DNA of 64,000 bases. It comes from Bacilli bacterium (lineage in GTDB: Bacteria; Bacillota_I; Bacilli_A; ML615J-28; CAG-698). The translations under genes and the position numbers were made by a program. This document shows positions 31,136 through 41,715 of this stretch, piece by piece; the first letter of the stretch is position 1; every line of letters starts with the position of its first letter. The stretch is taken from contig JBMNLZ010000002.1 of the NCBI GenBank assembly GCA_050953065.1, positions 1-64,000 on the forward strand. Reading direction: 5' to 3'. The notes beneath the pieces were generated by a model, which did not search any database, was not told the origin of the DNA, and saw only the letters and a list, made by a program, of their open reading frames with translations.

Positions 31136-34100
31136 TTATGGTGTAGCAATTGTACTCCAATCATTTTTACCAGTTACAGCTGCGCCAATTGAACTTGGAA
31201 CAGTTGAAGAATACGTTTTAGTATAAGATACTCCACCCTTTGTAATTGTAACTTGAAATTGAACAGTTGTATTACTTGAAGGTCTTGCAATAACTTGACC
31301 CGTATTATCTACAATCGATGTATTAAGTGATTTACCACTAATTCCAAATCCTTTTAATTGGAATTTATTATACCATTCATATTCTGCTTGAACCATCTTA
31401 GAAAATGTTCCAGTCCAAAGTCCACCTTGACGTAATTCTTGAGGACAGTTCTTATAACTAAAACTATAATGTTGTTTAACACAAGATAAATCTGATAGAC
31501 CACTCCATCTTGACATAATCGCTGGGATAAGACCAGCTGTTCTTTGCCAAGTTGTCCATAAGCGCCCACCTCTATTAACACACATTTCAATACCGATTGC
31601 ATAACTGTTACCACTGTATAATCCACTAGTTGTATTTCCTGCATGCCATGCAATACTATTTTCAGGACATACTCTATAAATTGTATTTCCACTATCGATA
31701 CAGTAATGAATTGATGCAACATTTGTTGTTGCTAAATATCTAGCAACTGCATATGCATTAGATGTTGCATAAATTGTTCCAGTACAGTGAATTGTAATAT
31801 ATTTTCTTCCAGGAGCTGTTGAATGCCAACGATAGAATGTTGATGTATCAATATTAGAACCACCAAATCTTAAATAGTTAACACTTCCATAAGTTGCTTG
31901 AGTTTCTGTTGTTTCTCCATAAGTCATAACATATCTACTAAATGTAGTTGCAATTCTATATTTATCAACTAAAGCAAATGCTGCAGCTAATTCAGAAGGA
32001 ATTGAGCCATCTGATGGATTAGTTGAACCCCCAGAAACAACTGTTAAAGTTATTGTTCCACTTCCTTTAGAAGGATGAGTTACAGTAATCTTTGTAGTTC
32101 CCGCTGATAAAGCTGAAATTGTTCCATAAGTTGAAACTGTTGCTACACTACTTGCACTTGATGAGAATGTACATTCAGTTCTTGATACTGCAGTACCCAT
32201 TTGATCTCTAATATATAATTGATAACCGCTTGCTCCTACTTGAATTGTTGAACTTGGATCAGCTGTTATAGTCAACATATTTTCAGGCATCGATCCATCT
32301 CCACTACCACTAACTGTTAGAGTAATTGAACCTGTTCCTTTAGTGTGAGTTACTGTAATTGTTGCAGTGCCAGCTTTTAAAGCTGAAATTGTTCCGTATG
32401 AAGAAACTGTTGCAACGCTAGAGTTACTTGATGAAAATGCACATTCAAGTCTTGAAATACTCGCTCCACTTGAATCATTTACATACAATGTATAACCACT
32501 TGCCCCAACTGCGATTGTTCCAGTTGGACTTTGTGTAATTGTTAGGCTTCCGGTTGGAGCTGCAGTTACTGTTACAGCGCATGTTGCTTTAACTGATGTA
32601 TCAGCAACGCTTGTGGCTGTAATAGTTGTATTACCAACTGCTTTTGCAGTTACAACACCATTAGCAACTGTTGCTATCGCACTATTGCCTGAAGCCCATG
32701 TCACAGTTTTATCACTAGCATTACCTACTGTTGCTGTTAAATTCTTTGTTGCACCAACTATTAAAGATGCCGATGAATCTGATAAAGTAATTGTTGGTTT
32801 TAAAGCAGCAGTTACTGTCACTGTTGCTTGAGCTTGAACAGAATTATCTGCATTAAGTTTTGCAATAATTGTTGCTGTTCCAACTGAAACACCAGTTACT
32901 TTACCTGTATTATCAACTGTTGCAACGCCTGTATTTCCACTTGTCCATATAATTGATTTATCTGTTAGTGATGCTGCAATAACAGTTGCTTGAATTGTTT
33001 GACTAGATCCTGCTACTAAATTCATTGAAGTAGGATTTAGTGTAATTGATTTTTGTTCAGTTACTGTTATATTAAATGTTGCTTGAATTGCTGCACTTAC
33101 AATTGATGTTGCTGTAATCGTTGTACTTCCCATTGCAACACCAGTTACTCTACCATTTGCATCAACGGTTGCAACACTAGTATTATTACTCTTCCAATTT
33201 ACTGCTGCACTAGCACCAGTTGGTAGAGCGGCAATATTTAATGTTATATTTTGACCAACACTTACTGTATTTGATCCAGTAATTAAAATTTCTTTTGTTA
33301 ATGGGATTACTGTAATATGAATTGTTGCACTCTTTTCAGCATCACCATTTAATGTTGCGATTACTTGAGCAGAACCGCCCGCAATTCCTCTTACCCAGCC
33401 GTTTTGATCAACTGTTAAAATTGATTCATTGCTTGATGTGAAAGTAAATGTTGCAGGTTCATTTGATGGTTCCCAACTAGCACTAACTAATACTTTATTT
33501 CCTTCTAACACTTCTGTTGCACCAGAAAGCGTAATTGATGAAATTGGACTGGCTGAAGTTTCAATATCTTTTACTACTAGAGTATATGATCCTTTTACTT
33601 CTGGATAATCAACTAACGTAGCTGTAATTGTAGCAACACCAGCACTAACACCAGTTACAACTCCAAAATCATTTACTGTTGCAATATTCTCATCATCACT
33701 AGTCCATCTATAACTTGAAGTAGTTGCAACATCAGAGTTTGGTGTTAATACAAGTAACCCACCTTTATTCACAAAACTACCACCAGCTATTGTAACTACT
33801 TTTGGTTCTTCTGAAACAGTTGGATTAGATTTTTCTCTAACTATTACATTAATAGTTGCAAAATTATTACCCACTACAGCTGAAACAATTATTGTTCCAG
33901 GTTCTTTTGCTCTTAATGTTCCATCAATATCAATAGTTGCAACGTTAGTATTACTTGACACCCAATTTACTTCACCTAAGAATTCACTACCATCAACTAA
34001 TACTTCTAAACTAACTTCTTCTTCAACTTCAATATTTAAATCTCCATTAGCTATTAATACATGAACATCTTCACTTGGTCCATTAGGTCCAAGATTAATA

Positions 34101-34456
34101 TTAGGATTATCAGTAGTAGGATCAGTAGATGAAGTATCTTCAACTATTGATACAACTATTTTTACTTTAACACCTTCAACATTTAAAAGTTCAATATTCA
34201 AATTGGCGATTCCAATAGAAATTGGTTCAATGACACCATTTTGATTTACTTGAAAAACTCCAACATTGCTTGAACTATAAGATAGTAAAGGGGTTCCTTT
34301 AAAACCTACCACCTGTGGATTAACTACATAAACATCCCCTAAAGCTACTTCAATATTTCTATCTGCTACATCTATACTAATTGAATCAGCATATCTACAT
34401 CCAGTTGTTAAAGTTAACCCAATTATTAAAATTAATAAGGTTAAAACTCTTTTCAT
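31136..34456 (-). CDS. Lipoprotein with Big_2 repeats and Amidase_2 domain (paralog 3)
   Basis: TTGC lipobox, Ig repeats, IHCTG...AWHAG...GIEMC...KQHYSFSYKNCP. Confidence 0.9.
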   Translation of the reverse strand: MKRVLTLLILIIGLTLTTGCRYADSISIDVADRNIEVALGDVYVVNPQVVGFKGTPLLSYSSSNVGVFQVNQNGVIEPISIGIANLNIELLNVEGVKVKIVVSIVEDTSSTDPTTDNPNINLGPNGPSEDVHVLIANGDLNIEVEEEVSLEVLVDGSEFLGEVNWVSSNTNVATIDIDGTLRAKEPGTIIVSAVVGNNFATINVIVREKSNPTVSEEPKVVTIAGGSFVNKGGLLVLTPNSDVATTSSYRWTSDDENIATVNDFGVVTGVSAGVATITATLVDYPEVKGSYTLVVKDIETSASPISSITLSGATEVLEGNKVLVSASWEPSNEPATFTFTSSNESILTVDQNGWVRGIAGGSAQVIATLNGDAEKSATIHITVIPLTKEILITGSNTVSVGQNITLNIAALPTGASAAVNWKSNNTSVATVDANGRVTGVAMGSTTITATSIVSAAIQATFNITVTEQKSITLNPTSMNLVAGSSQTIQATVIAASLTDKSIIWTSGNTGVATVDNTGKVTGVSVGTATIIAKLNADNSVQAQATVTVTAALKPTITLSDSSASLIVGATKNLTATVGNASDKTVTWASGNSAIATVANGVVTAKAVGNTTITATSVADTSVKATCAVTVTAAPTGSLTITQSPTGTIAVGASGYTLYVNDSSGASISRLECAFSSSNSSVATVSSYGTISALKAGTATITVTHTKGTGSITLTVSGSGDGSMPENMLTITADPSSTIQVGASGYQLYIRDQMGTAVSRTECTFSSSASSVATVSTYGTISALSAGTTKITVTHPSKGSGTITLTVVSGGSTNPSDGSIPSELAAAFALVDKYRIATTFSRYVMTYGETTETQATYGSVNYLRFGGSNIDTSTFYRWHSTAPGRKYITIHCTGTIYATSNAYAVARYLATTNVASIHYCIDSGNTIYRVCPENSIAWHAGNTTSGLYSGNSYAIGIEMCVNRGGRLWTTWQRTAGLIPAIMSRWSGLSDLSCVKQHYSFSYKNCPQELRQGGLWTGTFSKMVQAEYEWYNKFQLKGFGISGKSLNTSIVDNTGQVIARPSSNTTVQFQVTITKGGVSYTKTYSSTVPSSIGAAVTGKNDWSTIATP

Positions 34457-34467
34457 TTTAATTCTTT

Positions 34468-34499
34468 TTGTATAATTCTACTAATTATACAATCTCCTT
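34468..34499 (-). promoter_or_regulatory. Palindrome between Shine-Dalgarno and start codon
   Basis: TTGTATAATT-CTACT-AATTATACAA (34468-34492), next to CTCCTT (minus-strand AAGGAG). Confidence 0.6.
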
Positions 34500-34666
34500 C
34501 CTTTAAAACATATCTAAGGATTTTTTATTACTAATTATTCGGTACAAAAAACAGTACCCCACACTATTATATTAACATAAAAGCACATTTCAAAAAAGGG
34601 AAATAATCGTTTTTACATTTAAATCAACATTTTTTTAAGAATGTTTTAAGAATAAACATAAACCAT

Positions 34667-34708
34667 AAAAAAACCCTAAAGTTTTTTTAGAAAAACTCTA
34701 GGGTTTTT
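34667..34708 (-). terminator. Intrinsic terminator
   Basis: AAAAACCCTAAAGTTTTT...AAAAACTCTAGGGTTTTT hairpin after the stop at 34727. Confidence 0.7.
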
Positions 34709-34726
34709 AAACTTTTTATTAGGTTA

Positions 34727-37700
34727 TTATGGTGTAGAAATTGCACTCCAGTCATTTCTACCAGTTACAGCTGCACCAATTGAACTTGGAACAGTTGAAG
34801 TATATGTCTTAGTATAAGCTACACTTCCTTTTGTAATTGTAACTTGGAAGTTAACGTTAGTATTGCTTGAAGGTTTTGCAATTACTTGACCACTATCATC
34901 AACGATTGATGTATTAAGTGATTTACCACTAATTCCAAATCCTTTTACTTGGAATTTATAATACCATTCATATTCAGCTTGAACCATCTTAGAGAATGTA
35001 CCAGTCCATAGACCTGCTTGACGTAACTCTTGAGGACAGTTCTTATAACTGAAGCTGTAGTGTTGTTTAACACATGCTAAACTAGATAATCCACTCCATC
35101 TACTCATAATAATTGGAATAAACGCTGCTGTTCTTTGCCATACAGTCCATAATCTACTTCCTGGGTCAACGCACATTTCAATACCGATTGCATAACTGTT
35201 ACCACTATATAGTCCACTAGTTGTACTTCCTGCATGCCATGCAGTACTGTTTTCAGGACATACTCTATAAATTGTGTTTCCACTATCAATACAGTAGTGA
35301 ATTGATGCACCACTTGAATTTGCTAAAAATCTTGCGTTCATATCCGCATTAGCACCAACGCTATTATTTCCTGTACAGTGAATTGTAATATAATATCTTC
35401 CAGGAGCTGTTGAATGCCAACGATAATATTTTGTTGTATTAACTGAAGAACCACCAAATCTTAAATAGTTAACACTTCCATAAGTTGCTTGAGATTTTGT
35501 TGTATTACCATATGTTATAACATATCTACTAAATGTAGTTGCAATTCTATATTTATCAACCATAGCAAACGCTGCAGCTAATTCAGTAGGAATTGGTCCA
35601 CCTGATGGAGGAGGTGTTCCACCACCGCCATCACTAGTAACTGTTAAAGTAATTGAACCTGTTCCTTTAGCATGAGTTACTGTAATTGTTGCAGAACCCG
35701 CTGATAAAGCTGAAATTGTTCCATATGTTGAAACTGTTGCTACACTACTATTGCTTGATGTAAATGTACATTCAAGACGAGATAGGCTTGTTCCAGCTGA
35801 ATCTCTAACATAGATTTGATATCCACTTGCTCCAACTGACATTGATGCACTTGGATCAGCTGTTACTGTTAAGCCCCCTGTTGGAGGATTAACTGGAGGT
35901 GTTCCACCGCCACCATCACCAATTGTTAATGTAATTGAGCCTGTTCCTTTTGAAGGATGGCTAACTGTTATTTTAACTGTTCCATTCTTTAATGCTGAGA
36001 TTGTTCCATAACTTGAAACTGTTGCAATACTTGCATCAGCTGATGAGAATGTACATTCAAGACGAGATACACTAGCACCACTTGAGTCATTGATGTAAAG
36101 TTGATATCCACTTGCTCCAACTGCAATTGAACCTGTTGGGCTTTGTGTTACTGTTAAAGTTCCTGCTGGAGGAGCTGTTACAGTTACAGCACATGTTGCT
36201 TTAACTGTTGTATCAGCATCTGCTGTTGCTGTAATTGTTGCAGTACCAGCAGCTTTAGCTGTTACAACACCATTTGCAACTGTTGCTACACTAGTATTAC
36301 TTGAAGTCCATGTAACACTTGTGTTAGTTGCATTTCCAACTGTAGCTGTTAAATTCTTAGTTCCACCAACTAATAATGATGCAGATGAATCTGACAATGT
36401 AATTGTTGGTTTTGGAGCAGCAGTTACTGTTACTGTTGCTTGAGCTTGAACGCTATTGTCTGCATTAAGTTTTGCAATAATATTTGCTGTTCCAGCTGAA
36501 ACACCTGTAACTTTACCATTTGCATCAACTGTTGCAACACCTGTATTTCCGCTTGTCCATACAACAGACTTATCTGATAATGAAGCTGCGAATACTGATG
36601 CTACGATTGTTTGGCTAGATCCTGCTACTAAATTTAATGTTGTTGGTGTTAAAGTAATTGATTTTTGATCAGTTACTGTTACACTAAATGTTCCTTTAAT
36701 TTCTGCACTAAGTATAGACGAAGCTGTAATTGTTACAGTTCCTTCTTTTACACCTGTTACTCTACCATTTGCATCTACTGATGCAACAGTAGAATCACTA
36801 GTTGACCAATTTACTGCTGCACTAGAACCAGCTGGTACAGATGTAGCAGTTAATACTACGTTTTGACCAACACTTACAGTATTTGAACCTGTAATTAAGA
36901 TTTCTGTTGGTAATGGAATTACTGTTATATTAAATGTTGCATTCTTTTCAGCATCACCATTTAATGTTGCGATTACTTGAGCAGAACCACCTGCGATTCC
37001 TTTTACCCATCCATTTTGATCAACTGTTAAAATTGATTCATTGCTTGAAGAGAAAGTAAATGTTGCAGGTTCATTTGATGGTTCCCAACTAACATTTATT
37101 AATATTTTATTACCTTGTAACACTTCTGTTGCACCAGCAAGTTTAATTGATGTAATTGGACTAGCTGCAGTTGCTACTTCTTTTACTAAAATAGTAAATG
37201 AACCAGACACTGTTGGATAATCTACTAATGTTGCTGTGATTGTAGCAACACCAGCACTAACACCAATTACTACACCGTTTGCATCTACTGTTGCAACACT
37301 TGGTTTATTACTTGACCAACTAAATTTAGAGCTTGTATTAACATCAGGAGTTGCAGTCAAAGTAGCTATACTTTCTTCATTAACCCAGTTAGGACCTGTT
37401 ACTATAACTGCTTTTGGTTCTGTTACAACGATTGGAGAATCAGCAATTCTAACTGTTACGTTGATAGCTGTAAAACTACCACCTGCTACAGCTGAGATAA
37501 CTGTTGTCCCTGCCGCTTTAGCTGTTAAAGCTCCATCAATGTCAACAGTTGCAACACCTTGATTACTTGATACCCAAATTATTTCTCCTAAGAATTCGCT
37601 TCCTGAAGCTAATAATTGTAAATTAACTGTTTCACCAACAGCAATATTTAAATCTCCATTAGCTATTAATAATTCTGGAAATTCTTCTACATCTCCTGGA

Positions 37701-38095
37701 TCATTTGGTTTTTCAGGATCATTTGGATTTTCAGGATCGTTTGGATTTGTTGGATCAACAGTTGTGTTTGAATTATCAATAACAGTAACTGTTATTTTTA
37801 ATCTCACATCCGCAACGTTCAAAACGTCCACGAATAAATTAGCGATACCAACTGATACTGGCTCGATAACTCCGTTTTGATTTACTTGGAAAATACTTGG
37901 ATCACTTGAACTATATGCTAAGATAGGTGCTTCTGATAATCCAGTTACCTGTGGATTAATTGCATAAAGGTCACCTAAAGCAACTTCAACGTTCCTATTA
38001 TCTACACTAACAGTAACTTGTGTATCCGTAGATAAACACCCAGTTACTAGGAATAGCCCAATGGCTAAAACAAACAAGGTTAAGATTTTTCTCAT
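34727..38095 (-). CDS. Lipoprotein with Big_2 repeats and Amidase_2 domain (paralog 4)
   Basis: VTGC lipobox, Ig repeats, Pro-rich linkers, IHCTG...AWHAG...GIEMC...KQHYSFSYKNCP. Confidence 0.9.
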   Translation of the reverse strand: MRKILTLFVLAIGLFLVTGCLSTDTQVTVSVDNRNVEVALGDLYAINPQVTGLSEAPILAYSSSDPSIFQVNQNGVIEPVSVGIANLFVDVLNVADVRLKITVTVIDNSNTTVDPTNPNDPENPNDPEKPNDPGDVEEFPELLIANGDLNIAVGETVNLQLLASGSEFLGEIIWVSSNQGVATVDIDGALTAKAAGTTVISAVAGGSFTAINVTVRIADSPIVVTEPKAVIVTGPNWVNEESIATLTATPDVNTSSKFSWSSNKPSVATVDANGVVIGVSAGVATITATLVDYPTVSGSFTILVKEVATAASPITSIKLAGATEVLQGNKILINVSWEPSNEPATFTFSSSNESILTVDQNGWVKGIAGGSAQVIATLNGDAEKNATFNITVIPLPTEILITGSNTVSVGQNVVLTATSVPAGSSAAVNWSTSDSTVASVDANGRVTGVKEGTVTITASSILSAEIKGTFSVTVTDQKSITLTPTTLNLVAGSSQTIVASVFAASLSDKSVVWTSGNTGVATVDANGKVTGVSAGTANIIAKLNADNSVQAQATVTVTAAPKPTITLSDSSASLLVGGTKNLTATVGNATNTSVTWTSSNTSVATVANGVVTAKAAGTATITATADADTTVKATCAVTVTAPPAGTLTVTQSPTGSIAVGASGYQLYINDSSGASVSRLECTFSSADASIATVSSYGTISALKNGTVKITVSHPSKGTGSITLTIGDGGGGTPPVNPPTGGLTVTADPSASMSVGASGYQIYVRDSAGTSLSRLECTFTSSNSSVATVSTYGTISALSAGSATITVTHAKGTGSITLTVTSDGGGGTPPPSGGPIPTELAAAFAMVDKYRIATTFSRYVITYGNTTKSQATYGSVNYLRFGGSSVNTTKYYRWHSTAPGRYYITIHCTGNNSVGANADMNARFLANSSGASIHYCIDSGNTIYRVCPENSTAWHAGSTTSGLYSGNSYAIGIEMCVDPGSRLWTVWQRTAAFIPIIMSRWSGLSSLACVKQHYSFSYKNCPQELRQAGLWTGTFSKMVQAEYEWYYKFQVKGFGISGKSLNTSIVDDSGQVIAKPSSNTNVNFQVTITKGSVAYTKTYTSTVPSSIGAAVTGRNDWSAISTP

Positions 38096-38105
38096 TTTCC
38101 ATCTT

Positions 38106-38139
38106 TTTGTATAATTCCCCTAATTATACAAAGCTCCTT
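38106..38139 (-). promoter_or_regulatory. Palindrome between Shine-Dalgarno and start codon
   Basis: TTTGTATAATT-CCCCT-AATTATACAAA (38106-38132), next to CTCCTT. Same arms as the element at 34468. Confidence 0.6.
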
Positions 38140-38223
38140 TCTTTTTTTAAAAACTCTTTTCTTATCGCATTTGCTTTGGGATAAGCAAATTAAAGTATTT
38201 AAATAGTACGGAAAAGCACATTT

Positions 38224-38237
38224 TGAAAGCGCTATCC
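38224..38237. promoter_or_regulatory. cre/LacI-family operator-like site
   Basis: TGAAAGCGCTATCC versus cre consensus TGWAARCGYTWNCW. Lies just downstream of a minus-strand TGnTAGAAT extended -10 (38248-38256). Confidence 0.4.
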
Positions 38238-38325
38238 CCTCATTCTAATTCTACCATAATTTTAAATATTTTTGTATTAATATTCACTCTTTCTTTAAGA
38301 CTCATTTAAGATTTAATTAAAAAAT

Positions 38326-38350
38326 AAAAAAACACGAGTTTCCTCGTGTT
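38326..38350 (-). terminator. Intrinsic terminator of pgk-tpiA
   Basis: AACACGAG-TTTC-CTCGTGTT with a minus-strand U tract. Confidence 0.75.
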
Positions 38351-38358
38351 ATATTTTC

Positions 38359-39120
38359 TTATTTAACAGCTGCTTTTACCATAGTAATGAAATCTTCAGC
38401 ATTCAAACTAGCTCCGCCAATTAAAGCTCCATCAATATGTTCTTGAGCCATAAGTTCAGCAATATTACCTGGTTTTACAGAACCACCATATTGAATTCTT
38501 ACTTTATCAGCTACTTCTTTAGAATAAAGACTAGCTATTGTTTTTCTAATAAAACCACATGTTTCATTAGCTATTTCAGCTGTTGCAGTTTTACCAGTTC
38601 CAATTGCCCAAATAGGTTCATATGCAATTACTAAGCTTTCAACTTCTTCACTAGTTAAACCAGCTAAATCAAGTTTTAATTGATTACCAATAACTTTTTC
38701 AGTCTTTCCTTTTTCTCTTTCTTCTAATTCTTCACCAACACAAAGAATTGGTTTTAATTCTTTTTCAAAAGCAGTTTTTATCTTTTTATTAATCGCTTCA
38801 TCTGTTTCATTAAACATAGCACGTCTTTCACTATGACCAATAATTACATATTCAACATTAATTGAAGTTAGCATAGAAGCTGATACTTCACCTGTAAATG
38901 CTCCATTTTCTGCATAATGCATATTTTGAGCACCAATTCTTAAATTTTCACCTTGTCTTTTAACCAAGCATCTTAAAACTGTAAATGGTGCACAAATTAC
39001 ACTATCTACATCTTCAATTGATGGAACTCTTTCATTTACTGCATAAATGAATTGTAAAGCTTCATCACGCGTTTTAAACATTTTCCAATTTCCAGCAATA
39101 ATAGGTTTTCTCATTATCAT
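38359..39120 (-). CDS. tpiA: Triosephosphate isomerase
   Basis: Motifs [24 protein letters not shown] and YGGSVK. Start at 39120 or 39114 after AAGGAG. Confidence 0.97.
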   Translation of the reverse strand: MIMRKPIIAGNWKMFKTRDEALQFIYAVNERVPSIEDVDSVICAPFTVLRCLVKRQGENLRIGAQNMHYAENGAFTGEVSASMLTSINVEYVIIGHSERRAMFNETDEAINKKIKTAFEKELKPILCVGEELEEREKGKTEKVIGNQLKLDLAGLTSEEVESLVIAYEPIWAIGTGKTATAEIANETCGFIRKTIASLYSKEVADKVRIQYGGSVKPGNIAELMAQEHIDGALIGGASLNAEDFITMVKAAVK

Positions 39121-39142
39121 ATATCTCCTTAACTTTTTTACC

Positions 39143-40354
39143 TTAGCATTTACTACAGCCACGGCATTTATCATCAATGATTGCTACGCCTGGTAATTCT
39201 TTACCTTCTAGGTATTCTAAACTAGCTCCACCACCAGTTGAAATGTGAGTGACTTTTTCCTCATATCCTAATTGGATTGCAGCCGCTGCACTATCCCCAC
39301 CACCAATGATTGTAGTAGCATTTTCTAAAGAAGCAATTAGTTTGCAAATTTCTTTTGTTCCATAAGCAAACTTATCCATTTCAAAAACACCAGCAGGGCC
39401 ATTCCAAACAACAGTCTTAGCGCCTTTAATTTCCTTTTTAAAAACTTCAATTGTTTTAGGTCCAATATCTAATCCCATAAAATCACTTGGAATTTTAGAA
39501 CTATCAACAATCATAGATTCAGATGTTTCATTAAACTCTCTTGCTACATGTGTATCAACAGGTAAAATTATCTTACCACCAGCTTTTTCTAATAAGCCCT
39601 TAGCAAAATCAACAAAATCATCTTCACACTTTGATGTTCCAACACCATAGCCTAATGCTTTATAGAAAGTATATGCCATCGCACCACAAATAAAAATCTT
39701 ATCTGCAATGTTAATTAAATTTTCAATAACTGAAATTTTATCACTAACTTTAGCTCCACCTAAAATCGCAACAAATGGTCTTTCAGGATTATCTACTGCT
39801 CCACCGATAAATCTTATTTCTTTTTCCATCAAAAATCCTGCAACACTATCTTTTACATTGCTTGCAATACCAACGTTAGAAGCATGAGCTCTATGAGCAG
39901 TTCCAAATGCATCATTAACAAATACATCACCAAGTGAGGCCCAATATTTACCCAACTCAGGATCATTTTTTGATTCTTTTTTGCCTGGAACATCTTCAAA
40001 TCTTGTATTCTCAAGCATAATTATATCTTTAGCTTTCATCGCCTTTACTGCATCTTCTACAGCTTTTCCTCTAGTTGCAGGAATAAACTTAACATCCTGA
40101 CCTAATAGTTTAGCTAACTCTTTAGCAACTGGCGCTAAGCTTGAAGTAGCTTTATCTGCTTCTTCTTTAACTCTACCTAAATGTGAAAACAAGACAACCT
40201 TAGCATTATTATCTAAAGCATATTTAATCGTTGGTAAAGCTTGTACTATACGGTTATCACTAGTGATAACACCATCTTTCATCGGAACGTTAAAGTCCAC
40301 TCTCATTAAAACAACCTTATTGTCAACATTAATATCACGAATAGTTTTTTTCAT
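39143..40354 (-). CDS. pgk: Phosphoglycerate kinase
   Basis: Motifs [33 protein letters not shown] and [15 protein letters not shown]. Confidence 0.97.
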   Translation of the reverse strand: MKKTIRDINVDNKVVLMRVDFNVPMKDGVITSDNRIVQALPTIKYALDNNAKVVLFSHLGRVKEEADKATSSLAPVAKELAKLLGQDVKFIPATRGKAVEDAVKAMKAKDIIMLENTRFEDVPGKKESKNDPELGKYWASLGDVFVNDAFGTAHRAHASNVGIASNVKDSVAGFLMEKEIRFIGGAVDNPERPFVAILGGAKVSDKISVIENLINIADKIFICGAMAYTFYKALGYGVGTSKCEDDFVDFAKGLLEKAGGKIILPVDTHVAREFNETSESMIVDSSKIPSDFMGLDIGPKTIEVFKKEIKGAKTVVWNGPAGVFEMDKFAYGTKEICKLIASLENATTIIGGGDSAAAAIQLGYEEKVTHISTGGGASLEYLEGKELPGVAIIDDKCRGCSKC

Positions 40355-40445
40355 AAAAATTCCTCCTTTTTAATTCGTAAAATTTTCTAACCTAAAATAT
40401 TATACCATAATTTTTAAAGATTGTATATCTAAAAAATTAAAAATT

Positions 40446-40476
40446 AAAAGCTCTACTATCATTTTTAGTAGAGCTT
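40446..40476 (-). terminator. Intrinsic terminator
   Basis: AAGCTCTACTA-TCATTTT-TAGTAGAGCTT hairpin. Confidence 0.7.
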
Positions 40477-40499
40477 CTTAAAACTATTTAATTTCTAAA

Positions 40500-41621
40500 T
40501 TAATTATCTTTAATTCTTAATTCAGTATCAACATCAAAGAAGTGAGCTTTATTCATATTGAAAGCAAGTGATACATCATCATTCATATGAATATCAACTC
40601 TTGCATCAACTTTAGCAACTAAACTTTGACCATTCATTAATGCATAGATTAATGTTTCAGCTCCAAGTAATTCAGCCACATCAACTTTTAAGTCAACTTT
40701 AGCGCCTTTATATTTTTCTAAATCTTCTTCTTTATCATGAATATCTTCTGGTCTAATTCCCATAATAATTGGTTTTTCTAAATATTTTTGTTCCTTTAAC
40801 ATCTTGAATGTTTTTTCAGGAAGTTTTAATCTTGAAACACCAAGTTTATGATCTCCACATTCAAAGAATCCTGCATCAGTAACTTTTCCTTCAATGAAGT
40901 TCATTGGAGGAGTACCAATAAATCCACCAACAAAGATATTAGTTGGATTATCATAGATTTCTTTTGGAGCTCCGATTTGTTGAATTAATCCATCTTTCAT
41001 AACAACAATTCTTGATGCCATTGTCATGGCTTCAATTTGGTCATGCGTAACATAAATTGTAGTAATACCTAATTTTTCAGTAATCTTAATAATCTCAGAT
41101 CTCATTTGAACACGTAGTTTAGCATCTAAGTTTGATAGTGGTTCATCCATTAAGAAAACTTTTGCATCACGTACAATTGCTCTACCTAAAGCAACACGTT
41201 GACGTTGTCCACCTGATAAGGCTTTAGGACGACGATTTAAATAAGGTTTTAATTCTAAGATTTCAGCTGCATTATTTACACGTCTATCAATTTCATCTCT
41301 TGAAAACTTTCTAAGTTTTAAACCAAACGCCATATTATCATAAACAGTCATATGAGGATACAAAGCATAGCTTTGGAAAACCATCGCAATATTACGATCT
41401 TTTGGAGCTACGTCATTCATAACTTCATTATCAATTTTTAATTCACCTGAAGTAATTTCTTCAAGCCCTGCAATCATTCTTAATGTAGTAGTCTTACCAC
41501 ATCCTGATGGACCAACGAATACGATAAATTCTTTATCCTTAACTTGTAAGTTAAAGTCAATTACTGCATGCACATTCCCATCATAAACTTTATTAATATT
41601 TTTTAAACCAACAGTTGCCAT
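40500..41621 (-). CDS. Sugar ABC transporter ATP-binding protein (MsmX/MalK/UgpC family)
   Basis: Motifs GPSGCGKTT, VFQSYALYPHM, LSGGQRQR and DEPLSNLDAKLR, with a TOBE C-terminus. Confidence 0.93.
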   Translation of the reverse strand: MATVGLKNINKVYDGNVHAVIDFNLQVKDKEFIVFVGPSGCGKTTTLRMIAGLEEITSGELKIDNEVMNDVAPKDRNIAMVFQSYALYPHMTVYDNMAFGLKLRKFSRDEIDRRVNNAAEILELKPYLNRRPKALSGGQRQRVALGRAIVRDAKVFLMDEPLSNLDAKLRVQMRSEIIKITEKLGITTIYVTHDQIEAMTMASRIVVMKDGLIQQIGAPKEIYDNPTNIFVGGFIGTPPMNFIEGKVTDAGFFECGDHKLGVSRLKLPEKTFKMLKEQKYLEKPIIMGIRPEDIHDKEEDLEKYKGAKVDLKVDVAELLGAETLIYALMNGQSLVAKVDARVDIHMNDDVSLAFNMNKAHFFDVDTELRIKDN

Positions 41622-41694
41622 TATTTTCCTCCTTAAAACAACTTATTTTTAAAACATACAAAAGTATTATACTAATCAAAAACAAAAAAAACAA

Positions 41695-41709
41695 TGTGCA
41701 AATTGCACA
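41695..41709. promoter_or_regulatory. Palindromic operator upstream of the ABC ATPase promoter
   Basis: TGTGCA-AAT-TGCACA, abutting a minus-strand TTGTTT-17 bp-TATAAT promoter (41694-41666). Confidence 0.55.
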
Positions 41710-41715
41710 ATTGTT

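Noticed and set aside
26021-37562. Short antisense and alternative-frame ORFs within the amidase genes
   Set aside because: They are shadow ORFs caused by biased codon usage in Thr/Val/Ala-rich repeats.
24109-38095. Diversity-generating retroelement or invertase-driven shufflon behind the paralog similarity
   Set aside because: No reverse transcriptase or recombinase is present, there are no inverted cassettes, and the differences are not adenine-specific.
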